Assembly (NCBI GenBank): GCA_017635565.1
Contig: JAGBLE010000013.1
Span: 1 to 62,056, forward strand
Length of the DNA: 62,056 nt
Direction: 5' to 3'
DNA from: Bacilli bacterium
GTDB lineage: Bacteria; Bacillota_I; Bacilli_A; RFN20; CAG-826
In this document: in pieces, positions 19,158 through 30,010 of the stretch
How positions within the stretch are numbered: the first letter of the stretch is position 1
How the letters are laid out: each line of letters starts with the position of its first letter
The notes under the pieces: model-generated
Told to the model about the DNA's origin: nothing
Database searches by the model: none
What the model saw: only the letters and a program-made list of their open reading frames with translations
Program-made: the position numbers and the translations under genes

Positions 19158-20300
19158 CTAAGCTTTGTAAGCTTGATATATTGCCAAACAAATCGTTTGA
19201 CTTGAAATTTGATATTGTAATTTCATTTCTAAAGTTGAACCGTTTGGGTGAATAGCAAATAAAGGGGTAGATAAGACTCCACTTTCTTCAGTTTCTTCGC
19301 CTTTATTAAATCCAGCCGCCACTAATTGGTCGAGATAATGGTCATAATCATCTTCAGAAGCATAATCATAATAGATGAGTAAAACATAATCATCAGTGCT
19401 ACCATCTTCTTGATCTGGGTCATAATATGTCCATCCCCAATATGTTGCGGTTTCTGAACCTTCTAATTTTGGAAGATAAACCCCCAAGAAAGCCCCTATT
19501 TCTAAAGTTGGCCACGCATTATCAATCGCGATATAAAGTAAATTACATTCATATTCGCCGACCATGCTATATAAAGTAATAGTTATATATCCAGTTGGAT
19601 CTAATAATTGAATTCCCCCGTTAGCGGTATCAGTATTTGTGATAACGTAGCTATTACTTTGAAGGATTTGAGAATATTTTGTTAAAGCGTTATCTTCAAC
19701 GAATAAAGCGTTAACAACAATCCTTTCATAATATGAATCATAGACAAAATTATATGCAGGAGCTTCATAAGAAGGAACATCAACTTCCAAATATTCTTTA
19801 ATAAAAGCTCCATCCCAAGTAGTTTCACGAGTCTTTCTAATTGATAGTTGTAAATTAAAGAAAGTAGTTCCACTACTTTCATCAGTCATTATTCCGTAAT
19901 TAACAAATAAATCACTAGAATAATCGACAAATCGATAAGCATATAGATAATCACCAACGACTGAGAATTCTTTTTCTTCAAGTTTTTCACCGTATAAGCG
20001 ATTTGCAGTTGTATTTGAAACACCAAAACATTTGATGTTAGTGTACTTAATTAATTGATTATTACTCGTTGTTTTTGAAACAAAAGCCTCGTAATTAATT
20101 GAAGTAAAAACAGGAATATATTTGGCTTGATCTCCGATTGAATATCTAATTAATTTATCAATTGTATCATCCCAACTATTCGCATAATATATTTCGTTTT
20201 CCTTAACGTCAGAAAAGTCTTCACTCTTGTTAGAGGAAGAACAAGAAAAGATAGTTAAAGGAATTAATAGAGATAGTAATAATTTTGTAATTCTTTTCAT
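19158..20300 (-). CDS. Acidic Tyr-rich lipoprotein of unknown function
   Basis: Lipobox IFSC; three divergent internal repeats. Confidence 0.8.
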   Translation of the reverse strand: MKRITKLLLSLLIPLTIFSCSSSNKSEDFSDVKENEIYYANSWDDTIDKLIRYSIGDQAKYIPVFTSINYEAFVSKTTSNNQLIKYTNIKCFGVSNTTANRLYGEKLEEKEFSVVGDYLYAYRFVDYSSDLFVNYGIMTDESSGTTFFNLQLSIRKTRETTWDGAFIKEYLEVDVPSYEAPAYNFVYDSYYERIVVNALFVEDNALTKYSQILQSNSYVITNTDTANGGIQLLDPTGYITITLYSMVGEYECNLLYIAIDNAWPTLEIGAFLGVYLPKLEGSETATYWGWTYYDPDQEDGSTDDYVLLIYYDYASEDDYDHYLDQLVAAGFNKGEETEESGVLSTPLFAIHPNGSTLEMKLQYQISSQTICLAIYQAYKA

Positions 20301-20331
20301 CTTGTTGTTATTTTACCTTTTTCGACTAATA

Positions 20332-20358
20332 GGCTAGGCGAGAAAACCCCGCCTAGCC
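20332..20358 (-). terminator. Hairpin or terminator after the collagen-like lipoprotein
   Basis: GGCTAGGCG-N9-CGCCTAGCC; weak U-tract. Confidence 0.6.
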
Positions 20359-20376
20359 ATAATAAATAGTTAAGTA

Positions 20377-23118
20377 TTACGCTGCATATAAGGAGCCAGT
20401 TGTAGCACCAGCTTCAACATAATCTCCACAAATGTAGTAATAGATTGACAAATCATCATCGCTAACGATTTCTAATGTAATTTCTCCATCATTAATAATG
20501 GTAACTGAAAGCTCAACTAAGCCTCCTTCGATTTCGCCACTAATTGTATTTGTTGCGGCATCAAAAGCGAGTTCATATTCAGTTCCTTCGCTATAATCTG
20601 AACTAATAACTGCAGTATTTCCTTCGATTAATAAAGCGATAGTTTCAGAACTAAATCCTTCACCTTCGAAATAACCTTCTAATGCGGTAGCAGCTTCTTT
20701 AACGTTAACCTTATAAGTAGCAGATACTCCGTTATATGTGACAGTAACGGTCTTTTCTCCAGCAGCACTCATATCAGGAGCAGTAACAGTTGCGCTAGCG
20801 CTAACATCTGTTTTTCCTCCCTTAGAAGAGACATAAGAAACTTTTAATCCAGTACTTGAGAATGTTTCTCCAATTTCAAATTCTTTTTTGACTGAAGAAG
20901 TATCAAGTTCAAGAGAGAATGTTTCAGGAGTGAGAGTTTTTAATGTTACTTTAGCTTCACCAAAGGTGATATATGAATCACTTCCAGCTGAGCATTCTGC
21001 AACTAAAGAACCTTCTTCTTCATAAACAACAAATGTTGCAGAATCGAAATCATTACCATCATCTAATTCAAGAGTGTATTTACCACTATCGATATTAGTG
21101 ACTGATCCAGAGAGACTGAAGTTTCCTTCTTCATCTTCTAAAGTTGCAGTTCCATCGGCGTTAAGAACTAATGTAGCATTTTCTTCATTATAGTAAGAGA
21201 TAGCGATTGTGTAAGTTCCGACAAAGTCAGCTGGTAAACTCTTACTATTAACAGTGACTTTAAATGTTGCGGTATTGTTACTTACTGAATCAGTAATTGT
21301 AATATTAGCAGTTCCAGCTTTTTTCGCAGTAATTTTGCCAGTTGAAGCGTTGACTGTTGCAACAGTTGTATTATCTGAAGCAAAGGAAATGTTTTTACTA
21401 TTGATTTCTTTTCCTTCAACACTTGAAGTTAAGAAATAATTAGAATCTGTGCTTCCTCCTTCAAGTAATTCGATATCAGTAGCGGTAATAGAAGCAACTG
21501 TAACGACTTCAGCAACTGTAATGGTTAATGTATTTGATTTAGTTCCATCAGCGGAAGTTGCAAAGACTTCAAATGTACCAGCTTTTTTCGCAGTTAACTT
21601 AAGTCCATCAGCATCAAAAGCAGTATCATCAAAGTTTAAAGTTAACGCTTTATACGTAGAGAAAGCATCACTTGGAGTAATGTTTGCAGTTAAAGTGACA
21701 ACTTCTCCAACTTTGACTGATGTTGAATTAGCACTTAAAGCGATTGACTCAACTCCTTTTGGCTTTGAAATATCAAATCCGTTAGAGCCAACACCGATTG
21801 AGAAATCATAATATGTGCTTGTATAGCTTCCATCGGTATAAACATATGGTGCGGTTGCGTGCAATTTTCCATTTTCGTTAACAACCACTAAAGAATGTAA
21901 CTTGTTAGCTTCACTATATGTGAAGATTACTTTATTTCCTTCATCAGTAATTTCACTGACAGAATATGTGATTTCTTTTCTAGTAGAAGTTGCTTTAGCG
22001 GTATTTCCATCAATCACAACTTTAATTGATTCATCACTGCTATAGAAAGTTCCAACAAAATTTTCACTGACACTCATATATTGAGCAGTGAATGTCTTAT
22101 CTTCATTAAAAATAAATTTATCAGGAGCGGCAGCACCTTTTTCATCTGTCCAGCCAGAGAAGACACCTTTACTTGATGCAGGTAAAACTGGTAAATCAAG
22201 AGTTTGACCATATGTTGCTTTATATGTACCAAGTTCGTCATCTCCATCCATTAAGGTATAAGAATATTCTTTTGCTTCCCAAGTAGCGTAAAGATTAATA
22301 TCTTCAACGATAAGAGCACTCATGAAATAGAATGGTTCATAATCTAAATATGCTCCATCAGCATTTTTGCTTCCAACTACCCAACCAGCAAAATCATATC
22401 CATCTAATGTTGGGGCAACTGGTCTAACCGCATGAGTTCCATGCTCAACAGTCATTGAGAAAGCGTTATTTCCACTTTCGGTTGCACCATCAGGAAGTTT
22501 ATATGTCGGTTTAGCACCATCAATTAAGGATTGGTTAATCTTTCCTGCACCATCCTTATAAGCAATCATGTAATTAACTTTATGAGTGACGGTTTCTTCG
22601 GTACCGAGTTTTCCATTGATGAGATCATCTAACCATTGAGCCTCATCTCCTTCATATTCTGGATGAGCTTCAAGATAAATCTCATATGCGGATTTACCGT
22701 TTTCTCCATCTTTTCCATCGGTTCCATCTTTTCCGTCAGTTCCGTCTTTTCCAGGAGCGCCATCTTCACCATCGGCACCATCTTTTCCTGGTTCGCCTTT
22801 TTGTCCTTGAGCAGAAACACCAGTGTCGACTCCATCAATAAACCAATGTCCATTTTCACCAATTGTGATTACTGAACCATCAGCACCATCTTTTCCATCA
22901 GCACCATCTTTTCCGTCTTTGCCGGTAATGGATTTAAGCCACTCTTCATATGTTAGTGGGTTATCTGTGCTCTCAGCATACAAAGCATAAATCTCACGTG
23001 TCTTTGATTCAAATTCAGACATTGATGTGTTTGAATTTGCTTGAGCACCACAACTAGCTAGAACAAATAAAGAGGCTATCGCTGTCGTAATAAGCAATTT
23101 GCTTTTATTCTTCTTCAT
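20377..23118 (-). CDS. Large surface lipoprotein with collagen-like repeats, InlB B-repeat-like and Ig-like domains
   Basis: Lipobox LASC; (G-X-Y)n tract ending GKSAYE; PT.DGY.FAGW...NLYATW repeats; ASDNTTVATVNASTGKITAKKAGTANIT (Big_2); C-terminal Big_3-like segment. Confidence 0.88.
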   Translation of the reverse strand: MKKNKSKLLITTAIASLFVLASCGAQANSNTSMSEFESKTREIYALYAESTDNPLTYEEWLKSITGKDGKDGADGKDGADGSVITIGENGHWFIDGVDTGVSAQGQKGEPGKDGADGEDGAPGKDGTDGKDGTDGKDGENGKSAYEIYLEAHPEYEGDEAQWLDDLINGKLGTEETVTHKVNYMIAYKDGAGKINQSLIDGAKPTYKLPDGATESGNNAFSMTVEHGTHAVRPVAPTLDGYDFAGWVVGSKNADGAYLDYEPFYFMSALIVEDINLYATWEAKEYSYTLMDGDDELGTYKATYGQTLDLPVLPASSKGVFSGWTDEKGAAAPDKFIFNEDKTFTAQYMSVSENFVGTFYSSDESIKVVIDGNTAKATSTRKEITYSVSEITDEGNKVIFTYSEANKLHSLVVVNENGKLHATAPYVYTDGSYTSTYYDFSIGVGSNGFDISKPKGVESIALSANSTSVKVGEVVTLTANITPSDAFSTYKALTLNFDDTAFDADGLKLTAKKAGTFEVFATSADGTKSNTLTITVAEVVTVASITATDIELLEGGSTDSNYFLTSSVEGKEINSKNISFASDNTTVATVNASTGKITAKKAGTANITITDSVSNNTATFKVTVNSKSLPADFVGTYTIAISYYNEENATLVLNADGTATLEDEEGNFSLSGSVTNIDSGKYTLELDDGNDFDSATFVVYEEEGSLVAECSAGSDSYITFGEAKVTLKTLTPETFSLELDTSSVKKEFEIGETFSSTGLKVSYVSSKGGKTDVSASATVTAPDMSAAGEKTVTVTYNGVSATYKVNVKEAATALEGYFEGEGFSSETIALLIEGNTAVISSDYSEGTEYELAFDAATNTISGEIEGGLVELSVTIINDGEITLEIVSDDDLSIYYYICGDYVEAGATTGSLYAA
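22696..22923 (-). repeat. Collagen-like G-X-Y coding repeats (two blocks)
   Basis: Repeated 9/18-nt units such as CCATCTTTTCC encoding GKD/GAD/GTD, split by an IGENGHWFIDGVDTG spacer. Confidence 0.85.
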
Positions 23119-23248
23119 ATTTACTCCTCTCTCGTACGCATAAATTATTAAGGTACGTGCATGAAAAATTTGTAATTATGATAAAACAACAATTTTTTTT
23201 AAGTAAAGAAAAACTATAATTTTTTTGTTGCTCCAATCGAGTAAAATT

Positions 23249-23277
23249 AAAAAAATTCTATTTTAAAAAATAGAATT
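23249..23277 (-). terminator. Terminator after the thioesterase
   Basis: AATTCTATTT-taaa-AAATAGAATT inverted repeat with a T-run on the minus strand. Confidence 0.5.
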
Positions 23278-23300
23278 CTTCAATCAAGTTTTTATGATTA

Positions 23301-24014
23301 TTATCTTTTTTCGTATTCTAATTTTGCGGTGAAATTAGTTGTTCCATTAACCGAACCTTTAACAACTTCAGGCATGTTTTTATCCGAATAAATTGAAACT
23401 TCATCACCATATTTAATTTCTTTATCATAATTGATACTGATAGAAGCAATACGGTTTTCTTTATAAAAATCTGGTTCGTGAGTATCTAATATGAATTCGA
23501 TATATTGAGTGTTATTTAAGTGGCCATTTAAATCAATTTCTGTATATTTTACTTTTCTTTTGTCCACTAATAAATTTGCTTCACCACTAACTTTTTCTGG
23601 AAGAGGTAAATCATCTTTATCGCTTTCTGGTTTAATTGGCTTAATTCCTTCAGGTTTAACCATTACTCTTCTTGTATCTTTATTAATCATTGCCCACATT
23701 GAACTAGCTGCAATAATTAATTTTCCTTTTGAATCATATATTTCAAAATAACGAGGATAAATGAAAGAGCGAGTCACCCCTGGATGAGTTCCGATAGTAA
23801 TAACTTCATCAAGGATTGGTGTTCGATAGATTTTTACTTCCATACGAATAACAACCCAAAGCAGATTATGTTCAAACAATTCCCAGTGTCCTGCTTTAAT
23901 GCTTTCAGCGTGATTAGAAGCAACACTTTGCATGAGTTTAAATAAACTTGAAAGTCTTAATTCTAAATTTTGATCGACATCAATTGAGGTAACTTGAACT
24001 TTTTCTTTATACAT
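23301..24014 (-). CDS. Acyl-ACP thioesterase (FatA/B-like)
   Basis: WVVIRM and EIDLNGHLNNTQY catalytic motif; double hot-dog size. Confidence 0.88.
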   Translation of the reverse strand: MYKEKVQVTSIDVDQNLELRLSSLFKLMQSVASNHAESIKAGHWELFEHNLLWVVIRMEVKIYRTPILDEVITIGTHPGVTRSFIYPRYFEIYDSKGKLIIAASSMWAMINKDTRRVMVKPEGIKPIKPESDKDDLPLPEKVSGEANLLVDKRKVKYTEIDLNGHLNNTQYIEFILDTHEPDFYKENRIASISINYDKEIKYGDEVSIYSDKNMPEVVKGSVNGTTNFTAKLEYEKR

Positions 24015-24065
24015 AAAATATACTTCCGAAGAAATATCCTATCTTATTTTTAAAATTATTAAAAT

Positions 24066-24101
24066 AAAAAAATCCTGGCAAAGGGTTTTCTTCGCCAGGA
24101 T
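24066..24101 (-). terminator. Terminator after clpB
   Basis: Minus strand ATCCTGGCGAAG-N6-CTTTGCCAGGAT followed by a T-run. Confidence 0.8.
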
Positions 24102-24106
24102 AAGAT

Positions 24107-26221
24107 TTATTTCTTGCTAATAACTACTTGTCCATTTTGATAATCGACAACATATTTAGCAGTTGTAGAAATATTTCCTTCAATAATTTCTTTTGCAATT
24201 AAGGTTTCAACATTGTTTTGAATGAACCTCTTAATTGGTCGAGCACCAAATTGAAGTGAGAAAGAGTTGTTCAAAACATAATCTTTAAGTGCATCAGTAA
24301 ATTCGAAACTGTAATAAGATTCTTGTAATCTCTTATTGAGTTCGTTAAGCATCTTTGTAACAATTTTTCCTTGTACTTCTTTACTTAGTGGAGAGAAATA
24401 AACGATTTCGTCAATTCTATTCAAGAATTCTGGTTTGAATGTTTGATGAAGCAAACCTTCGACTTTATCTCTTTCACCATTTAAAAGATATTCGCTACCA
24501 AGATTACTGGTCATAATGATGATTGTGTTTTTGAAATCCACTACTCGACCTTGAGAATCCGTTAATCTTCCATCATCAAGCATTTGTAGCAAAAGATTGA
24601 AGACTTCAGGATGAGCTTTTTCAATCTCATCAAATAAGACAATTGAATAAGGATTTCTTCTAACTTTTTCAGTTAATTGGCCACCTTCTTCATAACCAAC
24701 ATATCCTGGTGGCGCGCCAATTAATCGACTCGTTGAATATTTTTCCATATATTCAGACATGTCAATTCGAATAATGTGGCTTTCTGAATCAAACAAAGAT
24801 TCTGCTAAAGCACGAGCAACTTCTGTCTTACCAACACCAGTAGGACCTAAGAATAAGAACGAACCAATCGGTCGATTGTTATCTTTGATTCCTGCTCTTT
24901 GTCTTAAGATTGCGTCACTCACAAGAGACAAAGCTTCATCTTGACCAATCACTCTTCTTGAAAGGGTGTTCTTCAAATCAAGAACTTTTTCACGGTCTCC
25001 TTTTTCAATTTTAGATAACGGAATATTAGTCATCTTAGAAATGATTCTTGCAATTTGCTCTTCATCAACGACTTCAGAAAGGAGTCTTTCTCCATCGTTT
25101 TTTGAATCGAGTTCTTTAAGTTTCTTTTCAAGTTCAGGAATTTTCTTATATTGCAATTCCCCGGCTTTTTCATATTCAGAATGGCTTAAAGCATATTCCA
25201 AATCAAATTTTGCTTTTTCAAGTTTCTCTTTGATTTCTTTAACTTCATTAATTGCGCCTTTTTCTTTTTTCCACTGGGCTTGAAGTTCGTTATCCTTTTT
25301 AGTTAGAGCATCAAGTTCTTTGTTGACGTCTTCTAGTCTCTTCTTACTTGCCTCATCACTTTCTTTTGAAAGAGCGACTTTTTCAATTTGAAGTTGTCTC
25401 ATCTTTCTTTCGAGTTCATCAAGTTCTGCAGGCATAGAGGCTAATTCAACTTTAATTGAAGCACAAGCTTCATCAACGAGGTCAATTGCTTTATCTGGAA
25501 GGAATCGACTTGTTAAATATCGATTGGATAAAGTTGCCGCTGCAACTAAAGCGTTATCGGTAATTTTCACTCCGTGGAATGTTTCAAATCGATTCTTTAA
25601 TCCTCTTAAGATGGTCACTGTGTCTTCAACAGTTGGTTCATTAATCAAAACTGGTTGGAATCTTCTTTCAAGAGCACGGTCTTTTTCAATATATTCTCGG
25701 TACTCTTTCAAAGTAGTTGCACCAATACAATCAATTTCTCCTCTTGCAAGCATTGGTTTAAGCATATTAGAAGCATCAAGAGCTCCATCGGTTCGACCAG
25801 CACCAACAATTAAATGAATTTCATCAATGAAGAGAATGATTTTTCCATCAGATTCTTTAATCTTGTTAAGAACCGCTTTTAGCCTCTCTTCAAATTCTCC
25901 TCGATATTTCGCTCCTGCAACAAGAGCACCCATATCGAGTTCATAGATGATTTTATCTTTTAAAATTGTTGGAACATCATTACGAACGATACGTTCCGCT
26001 AACCCTTCAAGAATTGCGGTTTTACCAACACCTGGTTCACCTAACAATATGACGTTATTTTTTGTTTTACGGGCTAATATTTCAATGATCTTTCGAATTT
26101 CTTCATCTCGGCCAATAACTGGATCAACCTTTCCCTTTTTCACTTCTTCACATATGTTACGGCCAAATTTTTGAAGGACATCTTTATCATTTTCATAGTC
26201 TGGTACTTGATTCATTTGCAT
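24107..26221 (-). CDS. clpB: ClpB-type AAA+ chaperone lacking the N-terminal Clp-N domain
   Basis: GEPGVGKT and GPTGVGKT Walker A motifs, long coiled-coil middle domain, GAPPGYVGY; begins directly at NBD1 (704 aa). Confidence 0.9.
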   Translation of the reverse strand: MQMNQVPDYENDKDVLQKFGRNICEEVKKGKVDPVIGRDEEIRKIIEILARKTKNNVILLGEPGVGKTAILEGLAERIVRNDVPTILKDKIIYELDMGALVAGAKYRGEFEERLKAVLNKIKESDGKIILFIDEIHLIVGAGRTDGALDASNMLKPMLARGEIDCIGATTLKEYREYIEKDRALERRFQPVLINEPTVEDTVTILRGLKNRFETFHGVKITDNALVAAATLSNRYLTSRFLPDKAIDLVDEACASIKVELASMPAELDELERKMRQLQIEKVALSKESDEASKKRLEDVNKELDALTKKDNELQAQWKKEKGAINEVKEIKEKLEKAKFDLEYALSHSEYEKAGELQYKKIPELEKKLKELDSKNDGERLLSEVVDEEQIARIISKMTNIPLSKIEKGDREKVLDLKNTLSRRVIGQDEALSLVSDAILRQRAGIKDNNRPIGSFLFLGPTGVGKTEVARALAESLFDSESHIIRIDMSEYMEKYSTSRLIGAPPGYVGYEEGGQLTEKVRRNPYSIVLFDEIEKAHPEVFNLLLQMLDDGRLTDSQGRVVDFKNTIIIMTSNLGSEYLLNGERDKVEGLLHQTFKPEFLNRIDEIVYFSPLSKEVQGKIVTKMLNELNKRLQESYYSFEFTDALKDYVLNNSFSLQFGARPIKRFIQNNVETLIAKEIIEGNISTTAKYVVDYQNGQVVISKK

Positions 26222-26261
26222 AATTCAATCCTCCTTTTTTCAGTTCTATTGTATCACAAAA

Positions 26262-26288
26262 TTAGCACTCTGCAAGTGTGAGTGCTAA
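26262..26288. promoter_or_regulatory. CIRCE element (HrcA operator) overlapping the clpB promoter
   Basis: Perfect TTAGCACTC-N9-GAGTGCTAA; overlaps TTGCAG-16 nt-TACAAT on the minus strand. Confidence 0.97.
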
Positions 26289-26342
26289 AAATTTTAATAA
26301 ATACTATGTATTTAATTTTTTAAAAAAGCAAAATATCCTCTA

Positions 26343-26370
26343 TTGACAATACCCAGTGGGGGTATATAAT
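26343..26370 (+). promoter_or_regulatory. csoR-copA promoter containing the CsoR operator
   Basis: TTGACA-16 nt-TATAAT; ATACCC-agtgg-GGGTAT (26349-26365) is a C/G-tract pseudo-palindrome typical of CsoR sites. Confidence 0.9.
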
Positions 26371-26387
26371 ATCACTGAGGTGAGGTT

Positions 26388-26681
26388 ATGGAAAATTGTC
26401 CACATTGTAAAAAGAATCCTCGTGAAGAGGAACTTATCAATAATATTCAAAAGAGATTAAAGAAAATTAATGGCCAAATTAATGGTGTTTCCAAGATGAT
26501 TGATGAAAATCGATATTGTGGAGATATATTAATTCAAATTGCAGCTATTGAAAGTGCACTTAAAGAAGTTGGTTATATCGTTTTAAAAGATCATCTTCAC
26601 ACTTGTGTTTCTGATGATATCCAAAACGGAGACTTCTCTTCTTTAGATGAAGCAATTGAAATTGCTAAGAAACTTAAATAA
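26388..26681 (+). CDS. csoR: Copper-sensing repressor CsoR
   Basis: [17 protein letters not shown] and HLHTCV (Cys-His-Cys ligands); upstream of copA. Confidence 0.92.
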   Translation: MENCPHCKKNPREEELINNIQKRLKKINGQINGVSKMIDENRYCGDILIQIAAIESALKEVGYIVLKDHLHTCVSDDIQNGDFSSLDEAIEIAKKLK

Positions 26682-26683
26682 AT

Positions 26684-29260
26684 ATGAAAATCGATGAAAA
26701 ATATCTCATTTCAGGAATGAGTTGCGCTGCTTGCTCTGCAAGAGTAGATAAATCGATTAGAACTCTTAAAGGCGTTAAAGAAGTTAACGTCAATCTTTTG
26801 ACTAATTCTATGGTCGTTAGTTATGATGAAAAACTTGTTAATGAAAAGAAAATTGTTGATGCAGTTAATAAAGCTGGATATGGAGCAACTTTAGTGGAAG
26901 AAAAAGAAGGAAGAACGGTTATTTCAGAAGAAGAATTGATTGATCACGAAACTCCTCGACTTATCAAACGATTAATTTTTTCACTTATTTTGCTCATTCC
27001 TCTATTTTATTTAGGAATGGGCTTTATGCTTAATTGGCCTATCGGTGTATTATCCGATAATGTCCATGTTTTAGTAATTATTGAGATGATTCTCGCTTTA
27101 TCAATCATGATTATCAATCGCAGATTCTTCATAAGCGGATTTAAATCAATAATTCATCTCTCTCCAAATATGGATGCTTTGGTAATGCTTGGAAGCGGAG
27201 TGGCTTTTGTTTATTCTTTTATATTAACTATTATCTTATTAATTGATTACTCTAATGGAATGGAACCAACCCACTTAAATATGATAGCGATGAATATTTC
27301 TTATGAAACTGCTGGAATGGTTCCTGCATTAATCACAATTGGAAAAACACTTGAAAGCTATTCAAAAGGAAAAACAACAAATTCAATTAAAGCTTTGATG
27401 GATTTATCTCCAAAAACTGCTTTAATCATTGAAAATGGTGAAGAAAAAGAAGTCAGTATTGAAGATATTAAAATAAACGATATCTTCATTGTTAAACCAG
27501 GAATGAGTGTTCCAGTTGATGGAGAAGTTATTTCTGGCATTAGTAGCGTCGATGAATCAATGCTTACTGGTGAATCTCTCCCAATTGATAAAGAGGTCGG
27601 TTCTTTAGTTAAAAGCGCCACTATCAATCAAAATGGAGTTTTAACTTGTAAAGCGGTTCGAGTTGGAAATGACACAACTATTAACCAAATTATTCAAAGT
27701 GTTGAAAAAGCCGCGAATAGCAAAGCAAAAATTAGTCAAATTGCTGATCGAGTGAGTGGAATATTTGTTCCTATTGTTATCGCTATCGCATTAATTGTTT
27801 TCTTATGCTGGTATATATTCGGAAAAGATTTTGTAACTACTCACAATGATATTCATTCTTCTTTACTTTCTTATTCAATTGAAAGAGGAATATCAATACT
27901 AGTTATTTCTTGTCCTTGCGCTCTTGGATTAGCCACTCCTGTTGCTATTATGGTTGGAAGCGGAAAAGGGGCAAGAAATGGCATATTATTTAAAAACGCT
28001 GTTGCAATAGAAGAAACTGGAAAAATTGATTACATTATTTTAGATAAAACAGGAACTATAACTCAAGGTAAGCCAGTTATTACTGATATAAAAAGTTTGG
28101 TTAATGAAGACGAGTTATTGAAATTAGCATTTTCAATTGAATTAAATAGTTCTCATCCATTAGCAAATTCGATTGTTGAATATGCAAAGAAAAATAATAT
28201 CGAATCATATGAAATAACTGATTTTAAGACAATTGTTGGAAATGGATTATCTGCAATTATTAACGAAAAAACTCTTTTAGCGGGCAACATTACTTTATTA
28301 GAAGAAAATAATATCGAAATAGCAAATGAATTAGATTATATTAATGAGCTTTCTAGTCAAGGAAAAACTCCACTACTTTTTGCGTTTAACAAGGAATTAA
28401 TTGGAATAATCGCGGTAAGTGATGTTGTTAAAGAAGATAGTAAAGAAGCAATTAGAAAAATTAAAAATTTAGGTATTGTTCCAGTCATGCTTACTGGTGA
28501 TAACGAATTAAGCGCCAGATATATTGCTGATCAAGTTGGAATTGATTATGTCGTGAGCAATGTCCTTCCTGAAGGAAAATTAGAAATAATTAATAATATT
28601 AAGAAAAACGGAAAAGTGATGATGGTTGGAGATGGGATTAACGACGCAATTGCTTTAACTAGCGCTGATATTGGGGTTGCTATTGGTCAAGGAAGCGATG
28701 TCGCCATCGATAGCGGTAATATCGTTTTGATGAAGTCATCATTATTAGATGCTTATGCGGCGATTAGATTATCCCAATACGTTTATTTAAATATTAAAGA
28801 AAATTTATTTTGGGCATTTATTTATAATCTCATCATGATTCCTTTTGCCGCTGGGGCTTTTAGTCTATTGGGGATTTATAAAGTCGCTCCATGGATGGGA
28901 AGCGCCGCGATGGCGTTATCTTCTGTCTTTGTTGTTGCTAATGCTTTAAGAATTAATTTGTTCAACGCTTATAAAGAAGTTCATAAAAACAAAAAAGTTA
29001 ATAGTTTAACTTTCTTAGATAATTATCAAGTTTGTAAGATAAAGGAGAAAAATAAAATGGAAAAAGTTATCAAAGTTGAAGGCATGATGTGTATGCACTG
29101 TGTAAGTCACGTCAAAAATGCGCTCGAAGGAATTAAAGGCGTGAAATCCGCAGAAGTTTCTCTAGAAAAAAATGAGGCAGTTATTACCTCAGAAAAAGAA
29201 ATCAAAGATAAAGAAATCGAAAAAGCAATCACGAAAGCGGGATATAAAGTCGTTAAATAA
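26684..29260 (+). CDS. copA: Cu(I)-translocating P1B-type ATPase with N- and C-terminal HMA domains
   Basis: GMSCAAC, TGES, CPC, DKTGT, SHP, GDGIND, YN and MALSS motifs; C-terminal GMMCMHC. Confidence 0.95.
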   Translation: MKIDEKYLISGMSCAACSARVDKSIRTLKGVKEVNVNLLTNSMVVSYDEKLVNEKKIVDAVNKAGYGATLVEEKEGRTVISEEELIDHETPRLIKRLIFSLILLIPLFYLGMGFMLNWPIGVLSDNVHVLVIIEMILALSIMIINRRFFISGFKSIIHLSPNMDALVMLGSGVAFVYSFILTIILLIDYSNGMEPTHLNMIAMNISYETAGMVPALITIGKTLESYSKGKTTNSIKALMDLSPKTALIIENGEEKEVSIEDIKINDIFIVKPGMSVPVDGEVISGISSVDESMLTGESLPIDKEVGSLVKSATINQNGVLTCKAVRVGNDTTINQIIQSVEKAANSKAKISQIADRVSGIFVPIVIAIALIVFLCWYIFGKDFVTTHNDIHSSLLSYSIERGISILVISCPCALGLATPVAIMVGSGKGARNGILFKNAVAIEETGKIDYIILDKTGTITQGKPVITDIKSLVNEDELLKLAFSIELNSSHPLANSIVEYAKKNNIESYEITDFKTIVGNGLSAIINEKTLLAGNITLLEENNIEIANELDYINELSSQGKTPLLFAFNKELIGIIAVSDVVKEDSKEAIRKIKNLGIVPVMLTGDNELSARYIADQVGIDYVVSNVLPEGKLEIINNIKKNGKVMMVGDGINDAIALTSADIGVAIGQGSDVAIDSGNIVLMKSSLLDAYAAIRLSQYVYLNIKENLFWAFIYNLIMIPFAAGAFSLLGIYKVAPWMGSAAMALSSVFVVANALRINLFNAYKEVHKNKKVNSLTFLDNYQVCKIKEKNKMEKVIKVEGMMCMHCVSHVKNALEGIKGVKSAEVSLEKNEAVITSEKEIKDKEIEKAITKAGYKVVK

Positions 29261-29262
29261 TA

Positions 29263-29979
29263 TTAGTGAATTAGTTCAATTTCTCCGCTTGAAACGGATA
29301 GCACTTTTTCACCGATATCAATTAATAAATTAAAAGAATTATCGACACCCACTACTTTTCCTTGATATCTATTTTTATCATATAAGAAATCCACTATTTT
29401 GTTTTTGAGGTAATTATGGGACTCAAAATAATCTAGTTGATTTTTTATTTTTGTTTCAGTAAGCGAAACGCTATTAATTAATTCATCAAATAATTCTTTT
29501 TTAAATTCATCTATATCAAACTCAACTCTACTTTCTAAAAATAAAGAAGTAGGAGTTTTTCGATATTCGCCTATAAAATCTTTTTGATTGATATTAATTC
29601 CAATTCCAATAACTAAATAATTTGGTAAATTTCCTTCTAAAAGAATTCCGCACACTTTTTTATCATTAATATAAACATCATTAGGCCACTTAATTTCAAT
29701 CTTTTTATTAGGCAAATATTTTTCAATTATCTTAGAAACACCAACTGAAGAAGAAAGAGAAAAAAGTCCTCCATAAGTCACTAAATCTTTATTTTTAATT
29801 AAAATCGAAAAGGCTAAATTCTCTTTTGGGTTTCCTTTCCAAACTCGACTATTTCTTCCTTTTCCATGACTTTGATAATCAGCGGAAGCAATAGTAAAAT
29901 TATCTAAGCTAGAATAATTATCTCTTAGATAATCATTAGTAGAACCGATTTCTTCAAAATGTATTTCTCGATATTTCAT
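29263..29979 (-). CDS. birA: Biotin-protein ligase (group I, no HTH)
   Basis: STND, QSHGKGRNSRVW, KWPNDVY and KVCGIL motifs. Confidence 0.92.
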   Translation of the reverse strand: MKYREIHFEEIGSTNDYLRDNYSSLDNFTIASADYQSHGKGRNSRVWKGNPKENLAFSILIKNKDLVTYGGLFSLSSSVGVSKIIEKYLPNKKIEIKWPNDVYINDKKVCGILLEGNLPNYLVIGIGININQKDFIGEYRKTPTSLFLESRVEFDIDEFKKELFDELINSVSLTETKIKNQLDYFESHNYLKNKIVDFLYDKNRYQGKVVGVDNSFNLLIDIGEKVLSVSSGEIELIH

Positions 29980-29983
29980 GATT

Positions 29984-30010
29984 AAAAAACGGGATGAACC
30001 CGTTTATTTT
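29984..30010. terminator. Hairpin terminator between oadB and birA
   Basis: AAACGGG-atgaa-CCCGTTT flanked by T-runs on both strands. Confidence 0.75.

Noticed and set aside
22696-22923. Short tandem repeats as a CRISPR array
   Set aside because: They are in-frame collagen codons with no unique spacers, and there are no cas genes.
23193-23200. T8 tract upstream of the collagen lipoprotein as a phase-variation switch
   Set aside because: Such runs are common at this AT content and the promoter cannot be placed confidently.
20341-24091. GGGTTTTCT shared by the hairpins at 20332-20358 and 24072-24101 as a REP-like element
   Set aside because: Only 9 nt, stems differ and orientation relative to transcription is opposite.
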